The notes under the pieces: model-generated
Seen by the model: the letters and a program-made list of their open reading frames with translations, nothing else
What the model was told of the DNA's origin: nothing
Database searches by the model: none
Translations under genes and position numbers: made by a program
In this document: piece by piece, positions 57,243 to 64,000 of the stretch
How the letters are laid out: every line of letters begins with the position of its first letter
How positions within the stretch are numbered: the stretch's first letter is position 1
Source of the DNA: Octopus vulgaris
Lineage: Eukaryota
Reading direction: 5' to 3'
DNA length: 64,000 nucleotides
Assembly: GCA_951406725.2 (NCBI GenBank)
Contig: OX597830.1
Location: 27,962,001-28,026,000, forward strand

Positions 57243-57910
57243 ATGTGTCATGATACGGAATCGTAGTGAAAAGGCTTATAAAGAACATGTGATAAGAAAT
57301 ATTCCGTTAGCGTAGCAGTTTCTTATTTCTTAACGTGTTTCTTAGTTGTCTTCTTTCTGGATATGTTTTATTGTTCTGTCCAGAAGCGGTTTACTGTTGC
57401 TTCTGTTACTCACGTCCACATCTATCAATCTATCAACACAGTCATCGTAGTCACCGTTATCACCACGGCCACCACATTCCTATTACAAACCTCCAGCTCT
57501 TTGCCATGCTAACCTGTACCTACCTCTTCACATCAAAGCCCATTAAACCATAGCCATAATATATATATTTCCAACTAGCTTCATTATGTCGTGAAGTAGC
57601 TATATGTTAGCTCCTTTAAAAACACAAAGAGCAAGAGGAAAGCTAGTCGCAACTGGCTATCTTCTTGCTTATTTGAAACAACGGTCTACTATATCTTTTC
57701 TTTTGATTTGACCGCATACACGCGTCGACACAATTGCACACATTTTCGCAGATACTTGATCACGTGTTCATTCGTTGATTGTAACTCACAAAATATACGC
57801 ACATGTCATACACACACACACACAAACGCACACATACATACATGCATACATACATACATACACACATACATACATACATACATACATACATACATACATA
57901 CATACATACA

Positions 57911-57946
<36 letters not shown>

Positions 57947-57957
57947 TATATATATTA

Positions 57958-58102
57958 TTGTGTCTGGGAAGAGTAATTTTCTTTCAGTACCCTATTACTT
58001 AACACACGCACCGGTTCGATTTCCACTCATTATTTACTTATTTTTGCTAAAATTTTCGTTGCGTTTTGCAACCCCTTCCAATACACGTTGACACTGTCCG
58101 CT
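57958..58102 (-). mobile_element. Probable Penelope-like terminal fragment between microsatellites
   Basis: Minus strand GTTGC-AAAAC-GCAAC-GAAAATTT hairpin plus GAAA; unique island bounded by (TA)n and (CT)n. Confidence 0.3.
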
Positions 58103-58577
58103 CTCTCTCTTTCTCTCTCTATATATATATAATCACAAACACAGGTATATACATGTGTGTGTATAGGTACCAAACACGTGCATATATGAACGAAGCTACA
58201 TCTATTTCTTTTTTAAAGCGTCGCATGTCAATCGTACGATACAGGAAAGTAAGTGATATTTTCGAACGCAGTATCGCCGTATACGTATGTATGTATGTAT
58301 GTATGTATGTATGTATGTATGTATGTATGTATGTATGTATGTATGTATGTATGTATGTATGTATGTATGTATGTATAGTACAATCTGACGGCTTTACAAT
58401 AAACAAGAAGTGTAGAAATTTTCTAAATATTCCCTTCTTTCCAGCCAAATTGCCAAAGATATTTGGCAAAAAAATATATTTATACTCAAGCAATTTAGAA
58501 GGTCCTTTCTTTTTAAATTTTCGATTTTCAAAAAATGAATTTTGAATTTTTGCATTAAATTTTCAAATTAACTCTTA

Positions 58578-59448
58578 CGAGACGTAATCAATAAGTATCT
58601 GGACTATTGCCATAGTAACGAAGCTAAGGCACGCAGTGTGAAGCCAGTTGGCACAGATTGACCTTGAACTCTGTTGTGCATGTCTACTAAGTTTTGACGT
58701 TCTAGCTCACTGCTGCTGTTTATAGCAGTGCTTAGAAGGAAGGTGTGTAGCGTGTTATCGTCGCAATGACCATGGCAGAGAAAGATGTCATGGCGATGCC
58801 TGCTCACAGGTTTACGCAAAGTAGCAGAAAGTGCATGGGTCGCATACATATGTACGAGGCGTTCAGACGTTTCCAAGATGACCGAAAAAATGTCGATGGT
58901 GACGAACGTTCTGGGAAACCCCCAACCAGCAGAACGGAGAAAAACTGTGCATGCAACTGTGAGGGAAATCGTTGATCACCCACCGTGAGTTATGAGAGGA
59001 TGTGCAGATTAATTATGGTTCAGTTCAGTCCTTTATCACTGAAGATTTGGGTATGATACTGGTGTCTGGTAAGTTTGTGCCAAAACTGCTTTCAGCTGAT
59101 CAAAAAGACACTCGGATTCCAGTTGCACAAGATCACATTGATTGTGTCGAGAACGCTGAAAACATTTTGGAAACTTTGCGTAGTTCTCTGAACAGGTTAC
59201 GCCAAGCTTTTAGTAAAATTTGATACAGATTCTCAGCTCAACTTCCTCTGTCATGCTCAAGGAGAAGATCACACGATACAATCGTTATTCCTAAGCACTG
59301 CTGTAAACAGCAGAATTGAGCTGGAAAGTTAAAACTTACTGTGCATGTTCAAGAAAAGTGAAGGTCAATCTGTACCAAGCGGCTTTACTCTGCGTGCTTT
59401 AGCTTCGCTACAATGGCAACAGTCCAGATATTTATTGATCAGAGTACG
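58578..59448 (+). mobile_element. Non-autonomous mariner deletion derivative with about 160-bp inverted ends and TA target duplication
   Basis: TA|CGAGACGTAATCAATAAGTATCTGGACT ... AGTCCAGATATTTATTGATCAGAGTACG|TA; interior encodes RRFQDDRKNVDGDERSGKP and EDLGM..VSGKFVPKLLS (mariner DNA-binding region and WVP linker); no catalytic domain. Confidence 0.92.
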
Positions 59449-59495
59449 TATTTTTATTCCTACTTATATACTCGTACATGCGGAAATACATACTT

Positions 59496-59602
<107 letters not shown>

Positions 59603-59633
59603 GATATACATACATATGTATATATATATATAC

Positions 59634-59699
<66 letters not shown>

Positions 59700-60416
59700 A
59701 TACATACACACACTAAGTTGGGTCATATTATCTGCATACACTGCAAGAATATCAAGGGCAACGTCTTCTCTACAGAGTGTGTTATTAACCTGTTATTGCT
59801 TCGATGTGCAAATTAATTCGACCTAACAAGGTGCCTATAGGCGTTGAAAAATAGCAAGTAATTTTGGGGTTGAAAAACGCCTTTGGATTGAAAAAGTCGG
59901 AGGTCGCCAGATTTGCCTTCGACTTTTCATTATTCAACAGGGTTTCTCAGACCGATACTTACAATCTATCATTTATAGAATTTCATTTGGTCTGAGAACC
60001 GATTCTCAAAACGAATTATTTCAGAATCTCTCGAAACTTTATAAATTATTATGACGTTAAATATGTATGTGTGTGTGTTTAGAGAGAGGGATATAGATTG
60101 AGGGATAGAACGATACATAGAGACATATAGATAGATAGAGAGAGAGAGATAGAGAGAGAGATGGAGAGAGAGACAGAGAGAGAGAGTGAGAGACAGAGTG
60201 GGAGATAGATTGAGAGTGAAAGAAAAGAGCGTAAGAAGGAGAGAGAGAAGGAGGGAGAGGGACAGAGAGAGGGAAATAGAGAGGGGAGAGAAGGAGAGTA
60301 AGAGTGAGAGAGAGGGAGAGGAGGGGAGAGGATGAGAGAGGATGAGAGAGGGATATGTGTGTTACGAAAGGTTTTTAGAAGCTTCCCAAACTTGATGACG
60401 TACAGATACACACATG

Positions 60417-60448
<32 letters not shown>

Positions 60449-60490
60449 TGTATGTATGTATGTATGTATGTATGCATGCATGCATGTATG

Positions 60491-60526
<36 letters not shown>

Positions 60527-60529
<3 letters not shown>

Positions 60530-60589
60530 GGTATCCCACAATTTACTATCTATGAACTAACTATAGATAGTTAACTCTGGGATACCCTA
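60527..60589. mobile_element. 63-bp palindromic micro-MITE with CAGGG terminus in (TA)n
   Basis: CAGGGTATCCCA...ACTATCTAT / ATAGATAGT...TGGGATACCCT. Confidence 0.65.
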
Positions 60590-60657
60590 TATGTATGCAT
60601 GTATATATATATATGTTTGTATGTATGTATATATATATATGTTTGTATGTATGTATG

Positions 60658-60688
<31 letters not shown>

Positions 60689-61599
60689 ATATGTATCTGT
60701 TTATGTATGCATAAATCTGACTGTCTCTTTATCTATCTGTGTGTGTGTCTGCGTGTGTTTTTGTAGGGGCCTGTTTTTTAACTGGAAACAGAAACACAGA
60801 GATGGTGGGATGACGACGGATAATGGAAGCGGGGAGGATATAAATATTATGTGTCAGATTAAAGTAATTCTCGACGTCTAAATGAGATCTCGGTCAAGTA
60901 CAGTGTTACACCCCTGTCTACTTGGAATTAACTTTTTCTCGTACCTCTTCTCTTCCACAACTGTCTTTTTGAACTCGCATCACCCCCTTTTCCACTCAGC
61001 ACCTATATCATGGACCCACCGTCAACCCGAACCCCACTAACAAATTACCACCACTTTCAACACCATTATTATTACTATAAACATAGCCCAAATCTCGCTT
61101 ACTGCTCCATCTGCACCTACCCCCCAGCAGCCCGTCATCATCGCAGCGATTATGTACCAGCGCCATCAGCAGTGTTACTAACAACAGTGCCAGAAATACC
61201 ACCGTCTTCACATGCACCTACGGCTCCACCACCGCCACCACAAACATCCAAAGAGAGAGAGAGAGAGAGAGAGAGAAAAAAGAAAGAAAGAGAAAGAGAG
61301 AAGGGCTACGGAAGCGTTGCGCTCATGGAAACCTGACCGTAACTATGAGTTTCACCATCGTCCATTGATTTCTATGTAACAAGAATCCCAGTAGGATAAT
61401 TGACTTTGCCTTATGGAACTCCACGTTACGGCAAGATTTCCCAGAGATATTACGCTTCTCAAACTTCATGACACATATGTACTACAGCCCATACAACACC
61501 AACAACAGCGCGGGCACCCTGATCCACCATAGCGTTTCAAGCCCTACCAACACCACTAGTACCTCCATCACTATCATCACTAACCAATAGCAGCGGTTA

Positions 61600-62340
<741 letters not shown>

Positions 62341-62781
62341 ACAGCACTAACATCAACATCAAGTACATATCAACTCCATTCATAGTGTGTGTGTGTGTCT
62401 CAAGGGTGGTCTACACTTTAATAAGAACAAAATGCAAAATAAAAAAGAAGAAAAACTGAGAGAGCAAGAAATAAATAATAAAAACAAACTATAGATTTTC
62501 TAATTTTTCTTCTTTTTTTAGTTGTTTTGCGGGTTCGGGGAGTTCAGAGGAATGATGGATGAGGGCGGAGATCTAGCACAGGCAACATGTATCAGTAGAC
62601 AGTTCATATATACATGTATACATCACTATATACGCATATATACACACATATATACGTATATATATATATACATATATATATATACATATATATATACATA
62701 TATACATACATATATATATATATATATAAATGTATATATATATATACACATATATATAAACATATATATGTGTGTATACGT

Positions 62782-62842
<61 letters not shown>

Positions 62843-63054
62843 CATACATTAGTACAACAGTGCGTGTATATATTTCATACAACCATATATATAAGTGTAT
62901 ATATGTGCATATATATTGCTGTTTATAATACATAGAAGCACTCTTGTACAATTATCTGTACATGTATTTCTGAATATATATATATATATATATGTATACA
63001 CACATACATACATACATGCATACATACATACATACATACATAAATACATACATA

Positions 63055-63104
<50 letters not shown>

Positions 63105-63222
63105 AAAAAGGGGACACCTACACACGCATATATATGTGTGTGCATGTATAGATACATATTTACATATACACAATTACATATACAATCATACTTTACATTT
63201 GTATAAAACTATGTAAATTTAG

Positions 63223-63261
<39 letters not shown>

Positions 63262-63681
63262 CACACACACACAAACTCATACTCGCACACACATAGAAAC
63301 ACGCATAGACAACATAAGCACATGTACACATGCCTTCACCCTTATAAAACACCAATATATTACATACATCACCAATGACAACAATTACAACAACAACAAC
63401 AACAAATGCTACATCAAGAATATCAACATTAAAAACAAAAAAAAAAAATAAGAGCCCTGACCAGCTATATAACCACTACAACATTAGTATCACGAGGAAC
63501 AAGTAAGCATTTGCAGAGGTGTTAATGGGGTTAAAATGAAAAATATGGTACATGTTATTCCAAAGATATGAGGTCATAGCAAGTTTGGTGGATTGTATGT
63601 ATAAGAAATCTGTCTTTATGTATATTTAAGAAAGTGTATGTATGTGTGATTGTATGTGTGTGTGTGTGTGTGTGTATGTGT

Positions 63682-63736
<55 letters not shown>

Positions 63737-64000
63737 GTGTGTGTGCGTTTAAAAGTATAGTCGTACTGGTTCGAGTTGCGGGGCTAAGAATACACATACG
63801 AATATACACGCTAACATATATAGGTGTGTATGCATTTATATATGTATATATATATATACGAAGACTTTTATGGATGCATGCTGTGGTGTATGTATCAGGT
63901 GTATATACATATATATATATATGGATGTATATGTTATATATATATATATATACATACACACATATATATAACTATATATACATATATATGTATGTATATA

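Noticed and set aside
61010-61336. 108-aa ATG ORF after a pyrimidine tract and CAG
   Set aside because: Low complexity, runs into (GA)n, no recognisable homology; cannot be supported as an exon without transcript data

Overview
AT-rich, microsatellite-saturated eukaryotic DNA. The repeat families resemble those I associate with Octopus genomes; this is recognition, not a database result. No host protein-coding gene can be supported, and almost all ORFs in the track are translations of (AT)n, (CA)n, (GAT)n, (ATT)n or (TATC)n tracts, so the window looks intronic or intergenic. The non-simple sequence is mostly mobile DNA. It includes at least four tRNA-type SINE families (working labels A-D) and one headless short repeat (E), two decayed CR1-group LINE fragments, an L1/Tx1-type LINE 3' end, a possible Penelope RT remnant, several Penelope-like terminal fragments, a long-TIR mariner deletion derivative, a Tc1/mariner remnant and small MITEs. 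The most notable signals are four. (1) Long-tailed family-A SINEs are repeatedly joined head-to-tail to other family-A sequence at recurrent internal junctions, and their tail resembles the Tx1 3' UTR in the window, suggesting self-targeted retrotransposition. (2) The family-B SINE tail matches the CR1 3' end. (3) Several Penelope-like termini carry minimal or variant hammerhead-ribozyme folds. (4) Three unexplained structured segments occur at 3391-3574, 59839-60028 and 61327-61441. Coordinates were read by eye and are approximate at element edges.
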